A DNA stretch of 64,000 nucleotides from Macrostomum lignano (GCA_002269645.1 NIVC01000073.1:744001-808000); one strand, 5' to 3'. Positions 1 through 11,020 are shown, counted from the first letter of the stretch. Numbers and translations are program-made. The notes: generated from the sequence alone by a model not told the origin.

Positions 1-2244
1 GACGTCCCGGGGTTTCCAGGAGTCAATTGGCACGACGCTCTGCCCGTTTTGCTCGGAGAGGCAATTTGTGAGGTCAGCTCCTGCGCGAGGAAACTGAACC
101 TGACAGTTAGCGGGACGACAAGGCTGCTTTCACTACTGCACAGGCTAGTACCCGACAACCGCCTTCCTCAGCACGGACGAACATTGCGTGAAACTTTGAA
201 GAAGAGGGGAACAATCTCGGGGTCGTCAACATGTTACACTGTCTGCAACGACTGTTATCTACATTCCGAGCAGCGCTGCGATCAAGGAAACTCTAATTGT
301 GCGCACTGTATGTCGGAAAATGTGGCCAACTTCTGGTTATTCGATATACCTGCGCAGATCCGAACATTCGTTGAATCTCGCGGTCTTCTACAGAGCGTAA
401 CATTTCCGATTGAACGGCTTGCACTGGATGAAGAGAAGCTGCACTTTGCCAACAGCGAACTGTACAAGTCGTTTCTCGAGAACATCGAACCCGAGACTCG
501 GAGCGACCTTACATACACCATCTGTGCAGACGGATTTCCTCTTTTCTGCACTAGCAATGTCGAGGTGTGCCCCGTCTATCTGAGTATTAACGAAGTGCAC
601 GAGCGGCTGAAGCTCCGATTTGTGATGAAGTGTGGCGTGTGGGCTGGCAAGAAAAAGGTCCATGCCGCCGCCTTTCTGCCAATCGTCGTAAATGCACTGA
701 ATACTCTGCGCTTCGATGGTGTACAGTATATCGACAGCCTCGGGGTTCAGCGTCGATTGCATCTGCATCCGCTAATGGCGCTGTTCGACGCTCCAGCAAG
801 AGCGGACGCTCTGTGCATGAAGCGTTTCTCGGCTATCTACGGATGCGAGAAGTGCTACATCCGGACATCATTGCATCCATCAGGCCATGGACGAGTCTAC
901 GGCGTCGGGGTTACTGACGCAATGCTTAATCAGGCCAGACGTCTAGGATGCGTTCAGACTGTAGTGCGGTCGACCAGCGACACTCACACTCTCGCTGAGC
1001 AGCACGCACAGCAGGGTGGCGACATTCGGACTGACGTCCTCGGTGTCCGTGGCCTGTCACCGCTGTCTCGACTGCACGGGTTTGACTTTGTCCGCGGCTG
1101 TCCACCGTGTTTCCTGCACCAGTTGTGCTCCGGCCTGGTACGCAATATTTTGTACCAGCTGTTCCTCGTGCGTCATGAAAAACCGGATCGAGGCGCCACA
1201 AATTGTCCGGACCTGCACGCGCGGCTGAGCCACATCGACCAGCGTCTTCGGCGCATTCGCATTCCTTGCACTGTTCAGCGTCACACTGTCAGGCTTCTCA
1301 AGGACATCAGACACATGCGCGGCCACGAATACGCAATGTGGTTGTTGGCGTTCGCGCCTTTCGTCCTTGATGACTTCCTGCCAGAGGAACACTACTGGCA
1401 CATTTTAATCCTCTCCACGTGCATCTTCTGGATGTCCTTAGAAGGTGCGCCGCGTGCAGAATTGCGCCACGTTGAAATCGGGCTGAGACACTTTCACGCG
1501 AACTTGTCGCGCCTTTATTCGCTGCGATTTCTGTCATACAACGCCCATCAAGTCTGCTGCCACATGCTGCCGTATGCCATACTGGCAGGTCCTCTGAACC
1601 GTCAATCCGCCGGGCTGTTTGAATCGATGCATACCAGACTGCGTCGCCAGATTCACGGGTCCCGCCGCACGGATGTGGAGATTGTTGGAGCCGTTGAGCG
1701 CGAGCTGGCAGTCATGCAGGCTGAGGAGCTTCTCCGCGACAACGACCAGCAGCCACGCGCGCGGCACAGAACGACATGCATGCGCGCGGCGTCTGGCATT
1801 CTACTACGGCATCCTAACAACATGGCCCACGGCTGGCGTTCGGCGTCTCTCCCGTCAGGGTTGTATTTCGAGGAGTATCTACCGGAGATTGAGACGCGGG
1901 CGTCATCTGCCTTTGTAGCCATTGCTGGATGCCAGCCGACGAGCTTTCAGTTCGGCCGCGTTCTAGTAATCGAGTGCGACAACGATGAGGTGTATGTCAA
2001 CCTTCACATCCTACCCGTACAGGACGCTGTCGTGGACCCACTGGAGGCCTTGTGTGCCGTACATGCCAACTCGGAGAACCGAGGTGCCAGATTTGCGCAC
2101 ATCCGAGGCCTCTTAGTCAATCCATTCGGTCCGTTACCACATGAGCGCACCGTTCGAGTTCACGCCACTGCCATCGTTGGGTCGTGCGTCGTTTCGGACA
2201 CAAAAATATGCGTTATGCCACACCCGCAGATCGGCTTCCAGTAG
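1..2244 (+). CDS. CMC/EnSpm-type DDE transposase (frame is open to the left edge of the window)
   Basis: Motifs TICADGFPLF (D1), CPVYLSINE, LFDAPARA...YGCEKC (D2), GVRGLSPL...FDFV...CFLH (C/DxxH signature) and SAGLFESMH...IHG (E). Cys-rich N-terminal zinc-finger-like stretch. No stop codon from position 1 to 2244. Confidence 0.88.
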   Translation, partial: DVPGFPGVNWHDALPVLLGEAICEVSSCARKLNLTVSGTTRLLSLLHRLVPDNRLPQHGRTLRETLKKRGTISGSSTCYTVCNDCYLHSEQRCDQGNSNCAHCMSENVANFWLFDIPAQIRTFVESRGLLQSVTFPIERLALDEEKLHFANSELYKSFLENIEPETRSDLTYTICADGFPLFCTSNVEVCPVYLSINEVHERLKLRFVMKCGVWAGKKKVHAAAFLPIVVNALNTLRFDGVQYIDSLGVQRRLHLHPLMALFDAPARADALCMKRFSAIYGCEKCYIRTSLHPSGHGRVYGVGVTDAMLNQARRLGCVQTVVRSTSDTHTLAEQHAQQGGDIRTDVLGVRGLSPLSRLHGFDFVRGCPPCFLHQLCSGLVRNILYQLFLVRHEKPDRGATNCPDLHARLSHIDQRLRRIRIPCTVQRHTVRLLKDIRHMRGHEYAMWLLAFAPFVLDDFLPEEHYWHILILSTCIFWMSLEGAPRAELRHVEIGLRHFHANLSRLYSLRFLSYNAHQVCCHMLPYAILAGPLNRQSAGLFESMHTRLRRQIHGSRRTDVEIVGAVERELAVMQAEELLRDNDQQPRARHRTTCMRAASGILLRHPNNMAHGWRSASLPSGLYFEEYLPEIETRASSAFVAIAGCQPTSFQFGRVLVIECDNDEVYVNLHILPVQDAVVDPLEALCAVHANSENRGARFAHIRGLLVNPFGPLPHERTVRVHATAIVGSCVVSDTKICVMPHPQIGFQ

Positions 2245-2881
2245 CTTCCAGTATTAATTAGCTGTTGCTTCTGTTTAATCATCACCGCCTCAATAGTATA
2301 AGTATAATATCAATGGAATTGAAAATAGCAGTCCATGAAAGTAGTGTAAAATTTTCATTTCAAGCACATAATTCCCTTTATAATATTGTGGCGACTGTCG
2401 CTTTTTTTGCATGTCGGACGATTTTGTTTTATCGATGATTCTTGTGTTGCGCTCTCAACTCTTTAGCTAATTTAGAGGCAAATTTGGAATTTGTTTCCTC
2501 TCAGCTTGTGATCCCCCAATACTCGAGTATATAATTGAAGACGTCAGCTGCACTGAAATTGTTCTACTAATTATCTCATTATCATAATAAATATTTCGTT
2601 TCGCAAACATTACACATGAGGCAGTATAATTTCATAATCACTTAAATTATTATTGATACGTCTGCACGAATGGTGCAGTACTATTTCATACCTTACCGGT
2701 TTCCATATTACTGAATGTTTGGTTTACTTACGTATACGTATGTGTATAACTGATTAATTAGAAATACAGTTGTATTTGCCGCTGCACTGTAACTATGTAT
2801 AAGTTTTTCCTCTTTTCTGCAGCCCTCTTGTACATGCACTAACGGGTTGCAAACGGTTGTTCAAGTAATTGCTTAGCACGT

Positions 2882-3652
2882 ATGAGTACAAAGGGTTCCA
2901 CCGCCTTACACTTCAGCTACATGTCCTGGCGCACGGGTCAATTATCCGGGACTCCAGACTGGTCCTTGATTTTGGACGGACTTATCGGCGAAGGGGTTGA
3001 TAAGCTACTAGGAGATTCCGTAGATTCGGAGGTCGAGTCGGACGACACACATACTACTCTAGGCTCACCCGCCGCCCAGGTAGATTCGGATGTCGAGTTG
3101 GACGACACACATACTACTCTAGGCTCACCGGTCGCCCATGTCCAGCAGTTGGACAGTCAGGCCTGGGACTCGTCTCCACAAGCCGTGGAGTCCGAAGATG
3201 CAGTTGCGCAGGAGGAGATCCAGGAATTAGTCCTGTCGCCCTCAGAGCTTCGCCATCCGACGCCAGTCGCTAGCAGTACGCAAGTTGACGCAAGTACGCA
3301 AGTACGCAAGCAGTACGCTGCTAACTACAATAGGCTTCCAGACGAGCCGCTGCCGACGTTCGACTCACGCCGGCGGTATGACAGGCAGCGCCTTCCTGCG
3401 CAAACTTACCCAGACTGTGAAGCCTGGTACGCCAACCTGCCCGCCGAAGTTTGCGACCAGCGCCTGCAGCGCCATGGGCGCCATCGGCATCGTCCGATTA
3501 TCCAGGCGCCAAACTTTTTTTCCATCGACATGCCCCCCAGTCCGCCACCACTTCCGGTGGAGCTGATGAGAGTAGGCAGGCGCCGTATGTGGCCCCTTCG
3601 CGGCCTTGCTCCCTATGATGCGCCGAAACCTAAGTCTGCAAAGAAGGATTGA
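2882..3652 (+). CDS. Intronless ORF with a C-terminal CtIP/Sae2 (RBBP8-like) domain and an acidic low-complexity N-terminus
   Basis: 3368-3535 encodes RRRYDRQRLPAQTYPDCEAWYANLPAEVCDQRLQRHGRHRHR...APNFFSIDMP. This aligns without gaps to the recalled human CtIP segment [42 protein letters not shown]...TPENFWEVGFP (16/42 identities in the core, RHR motif intact). A 60-bp tandem duplication lies at about 3020-3139. Confidence 0.78.
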   Translation: MSTKGSTALHFSYMSWRTGQLSGTPDWSLILDGLIGEGVDKLLGDSVDSEVESDDTHTTLGSPAAQVDSDVELDDTHTTLGSPVAHVQQLDSQAWDSSPQAVESEDAVAQEEIQELVLSPSELRHPTPVASSTQVDASTQVRKQYAANYNRLPDEPLPTFDSRRRYDRQRLPAQTYPDCEAWYANLPAEVCDQRLQRHGRHRHRPIIQAPNFFSIDMPPSPPPLPVELMRVGRRRMWPLRGLAPYDAPKPKSAKKD

Positions 3653-3909
3653 ATTGCTTTGGTTCCCCACCATGGTCGCGCCATGGGGACTAGTTGAAAT
3701 AGGGATGGGGATAGGGATATCATAGGGATAGGGATAGAAATATTTCCCCACATGTGGGGACAGGTGAAATCGTTTTTTATATTAGAAGAACTGCTGCGCA
3801 ACTCTTGTTCATATGCTGTTTCATCCTTCCACACTTTTTCTACTTGTGTTGACGATTTCTGTTTTAGTTGAATTTTTAGTATTTAGTTTTAGTTTAAACT
3901 TTTTAGTTG

Positions 3910-3998
3910 AATGGTGTCGAGGTTGCTGAAGTGCAATGGTGTCGAGGTTGCTGAAGTGCAATGGTGTCGAGGTTGCTGTAGTGCAAACACATATAAAA
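3910..3998 (+). promoter_or_regulatory. Three 25-bp tandem repeats followed by a TATA box upstream of the BEN-domain gene
   Basis: (AATGGTGTCGAGGTTGCTGAAGTGC)x3 at 3910-3984, then TATAAAA at 3992-3998, about 140 nt before ATG 4135. Confidence 0.5.
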
Positions 3999-4134
3999 GG
4001 ACCGGCGCTTTTTTGGCTTTGTGATATCCGTCAGTCTTGTTTGTTATTTCATTCCGTCCCGCTGCTAACTCCTTACGAACCCGTTGTACATAACCAAGTA
4101 CTCAGTCACCTATAGTGCTCGAGGATCAGAGACG

Positions 4135-6131
4135 ATGACTCCTGTACAGATCTCGCGGAAATGCAAACCTCATGTCATATCTTTTCCAGCGTTCACGAGA
4201 ACTGCCATCATGGGCCGCACGTGTCGCGACGCTTCGGAGAAAGAAAGACGTAAAGAGGCAAAAAAAACGCATGCAACAATAAAGAAGCCGTCTGGTGTTT
4301 CTAAGAAAATAGGAGTACCATTCAGTGTCGCCAAGGTGTCGGCTCGGGCTACGGCAACCGATTCGGGTGCCAACGTCCCGACTGGAGCCGCCGCCGCCGC
4401 CGCCGCAGCTGTGGCAGATGCGGATTTAAATCCGCCAGGTGGATTAAGCGTCGCTAATCCGACTGCCATCGATAGCACTGCTCATTCGGAAGAAGCTCCG
4501 ATTCCGCGGAATCGACTCGCCGCCGAAGAAGATAACGAACCTGAAATGGTGCCGTTTAAAGCCGAAGCCAAGGCCCGGTTTTTTGTATTTCAGTATACCG
4601 ACTTCCACCAGCGAACAGAGGTAGTGTCAACAGACTCCGGCCTGATGTCCACCAGTGCCATCATTTCGCGTCGGTCGGATGTGCAGCTGCCTCTAAACAC
4701 CGGCGCCGTAGTCGCTGTCGTGACAGCTCGGAGCAAGCGTAGCACGGCCCGGCGCTATCTGGGCACACTAATAAAGGGCCCATTCGACAAGAAAAGGGAG
4801 GCTGCTGGTGCTGCCAGCTTGACTAATGTCCACGCGGCACCCGCCGAGCTGCCGCAGTCCTGCAGCTCCTGTCGCGGTCTCGTGCTTGAGCTCCAAAGGG
4901 AGAAGGCCTTGACCGAATCCCTGCGTAAGTTTCTGATTAAGTTACTCATGGGGTCATCAGATCGATCTGCATTGTCGTATTCTGCATGCATCTAGATTCA
5001 TCAACTGACGCATTCCGTCCACATATATAAGCAGAAGCAAACCATAAGTTAGCTGATTCACCTGTCAATCCTTCCAATTCAAATACATACGCAGGTGGCG
5101 AACTTAAGCTCCTCCGTACTTCTGAGACCAACCTGCTGGCACAGAACCGCACGCTCCTGCACAAGATGAGTGTGCAGGCCAAAATGGAGCGGAAGCTGGT
5201 CATGCAGGTCAAGCAGGCCGAAGTGCGCAACAATTGCCTACTGCGTAATGTCGACACCGCCAACGCGCTGCTCGCCAGGGCGTCAAATTGCCTTTTGCCG
5301 GCCGCAAGTGCAACCACTTCAGGTGCTGCTGCAGCTGCATCACATGTGCGCCCCGATGATACCTTTGGTGACGCTGTTTCTAGCGCGCACTCCTCCGCGG
5401 ACGAGTCTGCTGACGATGACGCATTTGGCGACCAGGCAACCTTCTCCGCTGATCGCAACCTGTCTGTTGCCGAAACGCGCGCGTTAATCCGCGCATGTGA
5501 CGCGGAGCAAGGGACCGCCACTAGCTCTGCTACCGGCGGACTGGTCGCCCTTTCCGACAGTCAGAAGTTTTTTTCTGTACCTTTGCGACTCCGGTCTGAA
5601 CTTGAAGACCAACACAAAGAATATAAGAAGGCGATGGAAGATCAGCAGGCAGTCGACCTAGATGCAGTTGCCATGCGGCGCTATACGCGCTTGGCGCTAC
5701 TGCGTGCTGTCTTTAGGGCTGTCTTTACGTCGCAAGAATTGGCGAACTCATCCCTGTCAGGCCGAAGAATTGCTGGGTACGTTTCGGCGCCGGCGAACCC
5801 GGCCAAAGTTGCTGTCGCGAGGCAGTGGCTGCAGAACGCCGAGGTGCCAATTTACCGCAACGAACTGCATCGCGCATTCACTCGGTGCGGCGAGACGGCG
5901 AGATTGCAGCTGGGACTGCCGAAGCGCAGCCGACCCAAGCGTTCGACTGCGGCCCGCACACCTGGCCAGTCATCTCGCTCGAAGGCTACCACCTCTGCAG
6001 AACATGTTCTGCGCATAATTACCGAACAGACTGAGGAGTCTCATAACACTGGGACGCAGTTTCTCAACGCAGGCGAATTGGACGGCGACAGTCGTCCAAG
6101 TGACTTGTTGCTGGAGATGCTGAACAATTGA
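4135..6131 (+). CDS. Transposon-borne BEN-domain protein, two exons (4135 or 4210..4924; 5095..6131)
   Basis: Donor ctgc|GTAAGT at 4925 and acceptor tacgcAG|gt at 5094 join the two ORFs in frame (phase 1: ...SLRGELKLLRTSE...). The product has CxxC plus a coiled coil, then a BEN-like C-terminus LLRAVFRAVFTSQELANSSLSGRR...NPAKVAVARQWL...AFTRCGETAR. Confidence 0.75.
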
Positions 6132-6736
6132 TGATCAGGGACGAACAGGGTCGTGAATTGCTGGTGATCGATAGAGCTGACTGACGGGGACAGATCACAG
6201 ACATGGACAGATCTCGAGATAGACGGAGAGAGGACTGGGGGAAAGGGATTGTGGCCATTTGAGGATATTGGAGCAGGGTGGTTCTGGCCATTTGAGAATA
6301 TTGGAGCAGGGTGGTTCTGGCCCTTTGAGGATTGGGGTAAGGGGATTGTGGCCAGTGTGACTTTATGCACCAACTTTTTGTATTTCGTGATTTGAGAGGT
6401 GATTGTGGTCAGTGTGACTTTTTGCACCTACTATATTAGCATTTTGTGAGATGATGTGACGATGATGAATGTTCGTAAAATACAAAGTGTTCTTGCCGGT
6501 TTAAGCCCCTGCTTTGGGTGTTCGTGCAGCATAACTACAAGCAGCTTCAGCTGTGCCACTTGGAAACAAAAAATGTTACTGGAAACCAGTCGTGAATATG
6601 TCTTTGTAAAGCTTCTTTTTTATTTAAAACATTTCAACACAAATCTTGTTGGATTTCGCGTCTGCATTTAAAGGCCTCGCCATGAATTAAAGTCAGCGTG
6701 ACTTTCATCAGTGTACTAAGTATGTACTTCCGCTTT

Positions 6737-7090
6737 CCATCCGGATGTTCTCCCAGATTTTCGTCCGGATCACGTGAATCTCTCTTTGCCCGGTTTTCGT
6801 CAGCTTTTTGATCCGGGTAGTCATCCGGTTTACGCGTCTGATGCAGTCGTCCAGTTTTGTCCAGAAAATTACCCGCCATGTGGTCCGGTTAATTCTGGAT
6901 GAACTTCTGGACAAGTTTTCGGATGACAGTCCGGATTTCAACCGGACCAATCGGTTTTTTTCTAGACATTTTGGTCCGATTTTAAACTTTTCCTCCGGTT
7001 TTTTCCGGACGAATCAAATGGGAAAAATACATTACAACCCCGGATGACACCCGGACGTGTATACGGACAAACTGCCGGACCACTTATCCA
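6737..7090. repeat. Subterminal TCCGG/CCGGA motif array of the CACTA-like element
   Basis: More than a dozen (T/A)CCGG(A/T)-type motifs in both orientations within about 350 bp next to the putative terminus. Confidence 0.65.
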
Positions 7091-7644
7091 GGCGGGTTTG
7101 CAATACATTTTTAAAATTTGACTAAGAACATCTTTAGAGATCATACTCTTTTATTAAAATATTTAAACTCAAAAGGCAACAAAGATACAAAAGAAAAGGC
7201 AGCCTTATGGTCGTAACATTATGGTCGTAACATATTTTTTTCTGTCAATTCAGTAACTTTGAGGTACTAATACATTAAAAATATAATAGATTATTTGGTC
7301 ACCAATGCTTTTATCTGATGATGCAAGTACTATACTTTTATCTATAGTTTGTTTCAACCTTCAAAAGCTTTCTATTTGTTTTTAAAAGGTACAAAATCTT
7401 AATGATGTTTTTTGCTTCGAAAAATGTCCAAATTTTTACAAAAATGACTTTTTGCCAATTGATAACATACTAATCCAACATTTTACCATTCCTTTATTCT
7501 TAGATTGTATAGGGCCTATATTGCACAATATAAACATTTGGTAAAAAAATAGGCTAATTAGGCAATGGCAAGCAAAAATATTGACTTTTTTCTATTTTCC
7601 AAATATGTCCATCTTATATGGAATGAGCCTACTTATTGTCTGGT

Positions 7645-9045
7645 GGATGCTTGCTATTTGGGGATGCTATCTATCTGGGGGAGCTTGCTCTCTGGAAGAT
7701 GCTTGATATCTGGGGGATGCTTGCTATCTGGGGGAAGCTTGCTATCTTGGGGATGCTTGCTTTCTGGGGGATCCTTGCTATCTGGGGGGTGCTTGCTATC
7801 TGGGGGATGCTTGCTATCTGGGGGGTGCTTGCTACCTTGGGGATGCTTGCTATCTGGGGGATGCTTGCTATTTGGGGGATGCTATCTATCTGGGGATGCT
7901 TGCTATCTGGGGGATGCTTGCTATTTGGGGGATGCTATCTATCTGGGGATGCTTGCTATCTGGGGGTAGAGATGTTCCGAAAGCGAATTTTCTGTCGAAA
8001 TCGAAATCGAAATCGAAATTCGCTACTTTCCGAAATCGTAATCGAAATTTTCCGAAATCGTAATTCAGAAAAACAAAGTTTAGTACAACCGACACTCAAT
8101 TTTCTACTTTCGATTTACTGCTCATGCAAAACAAAATACATGTATGTTTAGCAAAAGTTCGTTTATTTTCGGCCACTAAAAAAGTAGAATCCCTCATTGC
8201 CACTTTTAAATGCACAATTTTTTTTCGACGCGAAAACTACATATACTGTAAATGTGTTAAGTAATTTATTTGAACTAGTGCCTTTAAAAGAAACACTAAG
8301 GCGCGTATATTGCATTACTAGACGGTATTAAAGCACGGCAGCAAAGCGCGCCTTTTCCCTGCTAGACAAAACAAATTTCTCTGCCTTTATTTGTCTAGGC
8401 GGTAGGGTATAGGGTGTATACTGAGTTGTACATGTATAAAATGTACAGTTAAAATGTACATGTATCACTGCATGACTAGCAATAACTGAGATCGTGTAAA
8501 CGATAATGCATGTACATGTACGGTAAATGTACATATATATACTGTAAAATGCGAAAAATATGCAATATATCAGCAGACGCTTTTGCAGCTTTTGCAGCTT
8601 CCACATGTACAAACTACCATGTTACATGTCCTACATGCATGGAACAGTTTTAACAAATTCAAATAGTTTTACATGTAAAAATTGTATAATATCACCGATA
8701 AAAGACAGTAACGAAGTTCTAAAAAAACTAAACTCAGATAAAACTTTCGGAAGTAGGCACTTCCGAAATTTTGACTTCCGAAATTTTTTCGAAATCGAAA
8801 TTTGCTCTAAAAAAATCCGAATTTCGGAAAATCGAAATCGAAATCGAAATTTCGGAACATCTCTATCTGGGGGATGCTTGCTATCTGGGGGATGCTTGCT
8901 ATCTGGGGGATGCTTGCTATCTGGGGGATGCTTGCTATCTGGGGGATGCTTGCTATCTGGGGGATGCTTGCTATCTGGGGGATGCTTGCTATCCGGGGGA
9001 TGCTTGCAATCTGGGGGATGCTTGCTATCTGGGGGATGCTTGCTG
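7645..9045. repeat. 18-bp minisatellite (CTATCTGGGGGATGCTTG)n, split by a MITE insertion
   Basis: Arrays at about 7645-7966 and 8866-9045. The repetitive MLAIWG/GGCLLS ORFs derive from it. Confidence 0.92.
7967..8865. mobile_element. hAT-like MITE (899 bp)
   Basis: 16-bp TIR TAGAGATGTTCCGAAA / TTTCGGAACATCTCTA, perfect 8-bp TSD TCTGGGGG (7959-7966, 8866-8873) and subterminal (CGAAAT)n repeats. Confidence 0.88.
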
Positions 9046-9150
9046 TATTTTTGCATTGCACTTCATTTAAGTATTTTGTCTGTTTTCTTTGTGAATGCTT
9101 TATTTGGCTATCTTTTTTTTACTTGTAGAGAGCAGAGATTCTATACAGAT

Positions 9151-9179
9151 GTCCCCCAACGGGGGGCGAAGATTGCTAG
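9151..9179 (+). mobile_element. Helitron 3' terminus
   Basis: Hairpin CCCCC-AAC-GGGGG, 9-10 nt, then CTAG|T. Same hairpin as the minus-strand Helitron ends at 46398, 49102 and 54456. Confidence 0.6.
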
Positions 9180-9316
9180 TTACACATTAAAACTAAAAAT
9201 TAGCATTGAAAAAAAGAAAAGAAAGATAAAGATACATGTAGATGTATGGCTGTATCTCTAATTACATATTCAACATATTCAACATATTCATATAATTTCA
9301 ACATTCAACATATTCA

Positions 9317-9430
9317 ACATTTTGGCTGAAACGCCTAAACTGGTTTATGGGCGAAACGGACTATGGGCAAAATGGTCTCGGGGCGAAATGTCCATGGCCG
9401 AAACAGTTTGGGGGCGAAACAATCGGAATT
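9317..9430 (+). repeat. Dispersed repeat with (GGGCGAAA) motifs; inverted, CpG-decayed copy at 14121-14245
   Basis: Manual alignment of 9317-9430 with the reverse complement of 14121-14245. Confidence 0.75.
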
Positions 9431-9953
9431 TACCAAGGTAGTAAAAGTTCTATGAAAATACATCGTGTTTAAATTAATACATCGAATTTCGTAATCTACT
9501 TCTTGCTTAAAGGCAATTCGCACATAAAAATTATTGTGCAATTAACAAAGTTATCATAATTAGTAAGCTACATATAATTTTTTCTTCACGTGGCTATTTA
9601 AGTTTTTGTTAGTTTAAACAGTTTCGTTTTGTCGTTTTCAAAGAATTTTTTTCTAGGAAGTTCACTCGGATTCTCTGAACTACCACCACGCGACCAGACT
9701 CTAGTTTTATCCTGGATCCTGCATCCTGTCGGCTGTCAACCGTCGTACGACGTATTGAGATTCGTGTGTCTTGGTGAGAAAGAAGATGCAACCGTAAACA
9801 GTGAAAAATTTTTAGTGCAAACTTAATTTTATTGCAGCTGATATTTTTACAAAAAAGGCCATATTTTGGTTGTTATTGTTCCAGTGACCGTATGAATAGC
9901 GAAATGGTTATTTTTACGGTCAACGCATAAGACACTATCTAGGCCTAGGGTCC

Positions 9954-11020
9954 GGTAACAGTCCACTTCGGTAACAGCCATTTCGGTTAATAGCCGCTTT
10001 GCAGGGTTTTTTTGTGCGCAGAGTGTGTGTATGCACCCTAATTTTTAAAGTTGCACCCTGAAATTAAAAAGTAGGTGCGGTTTAGGTGCGGTCTTATAAC
10101 CATTTTTCTTTAAAGGCTTAACCATGCTTAAGCTATTTTTTATGCACTGTCTTAAAATATGAAACAAAATAACTCTTTAAATCCTATCATTCATATCATT
10201 CATATCATTCATATAGTCATATAGTCAATATAGCCTATGGCTATAGCCTTATGTAAGATATTAAAATATACATTCCCAGTTGTCTGAAACAAGACTCAAG
10301 AGAAATTGCACTCTGAGCCTTAAAATCGCTCCTTGAAATTTGGCACAAGGTGCAATTTCGCACCTTGTCTCTAGCAAAAAAACCCAGGCCGCTTCGGTAA
10401 CAAGTGAGAATAATAATAATTTGTATTAATTGATATGCACCAAAAGGATCTGCGAACAAACTTTAAAGAAAGAACGACAAAACACATGCATATCTGCATG
10501 TGTTTAACTTGTTTAAAAGTGTTTTAACTGATCTATTTTAATTTCTAGATGAGTTAGATATACATGCATCCAAGAGTCAAGACATCTATAATTGACCAAA
10601 TATTGTGTACTGTGTACATTCGAATCTCTGATCTAGTTAGTGAATAGCTAGGGCCTATTTAAAATTATAAAATCTACTTTTTTCTTTATTAATTATTTAA
10701 AATTCGTTTTGATTTTAATGTATGTATACAAGCTTGCTTTGCTTATTTTTTTGCCTTTAAATTTTTCACAAAGTTAATATGCAAATTTAAACAAAGTATA
10801 ATACAGTTTAACTAGAAATTCTAACAATATGTGCAATAAAATAATTTGAGATGTTAATTATTAAACTAATTATTGCTAAACCTAATTATCAAAAAATTAA
10901 GTGTTGACAATTATAAATCTGCTTTGTTACCAAAGTGGCTATTTATGAAGTGTTCATTTTTTGTTAATGTTACCAAAGTGGCTGTTACCAAAATGGCTGT
11001 TACCAAAGTGGATTGTATTC
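9954..11020. mobile_element. Non-autonomous TIR element with 8-9 bp TSD (Merlin- or MULE-like)
   Basis: (C)TAGGGTCC duplicated at 9945-9953 and 11020-11028. Imperfect TIRs are built of CCACTT(C/T)GGTAACAG units. Starts with GGTAA. Confidence 0.6.

Larger units (their letters stand above)
1..7096 (+). mobile_element. CMC/EnSpm (CACTA-like) DNA transposon, right portion; left end lies outside the window
   Basis: Contains a transposase ORF, two further same-strand genes, a CCGG-motif-rich subterminal block (6737-7090) and a putative terminus ...TTATCCAGGCGGG at 7096 (reverse complement CCCGCCTGGATAAG), after which the sequence becomes abruptly AT-rich. The other TIR and the TSD cannot be seen. 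Confidence 0.75.

Noticed and set aside
282-1922. Antisense and alternative-frame ORFs overlapping the transposase
   Set aside because: Shadow ORFs of GC-rich coding sequence with no recognisable motifs.
9140-9179. Possible 40-bp micro-Helitron TCTATACAG...CTAG
   Set aside because: The putative 5' TC is preceded by T rather than A and does not match the other 5' ends; only the 3' terminus is reported.
7565-9261. Repetitive ORFs (GGCLLS, MLAIWG, HPPDSK)
   Set aside because: Derived from the 18-bp minisatellite and MITE sequence.
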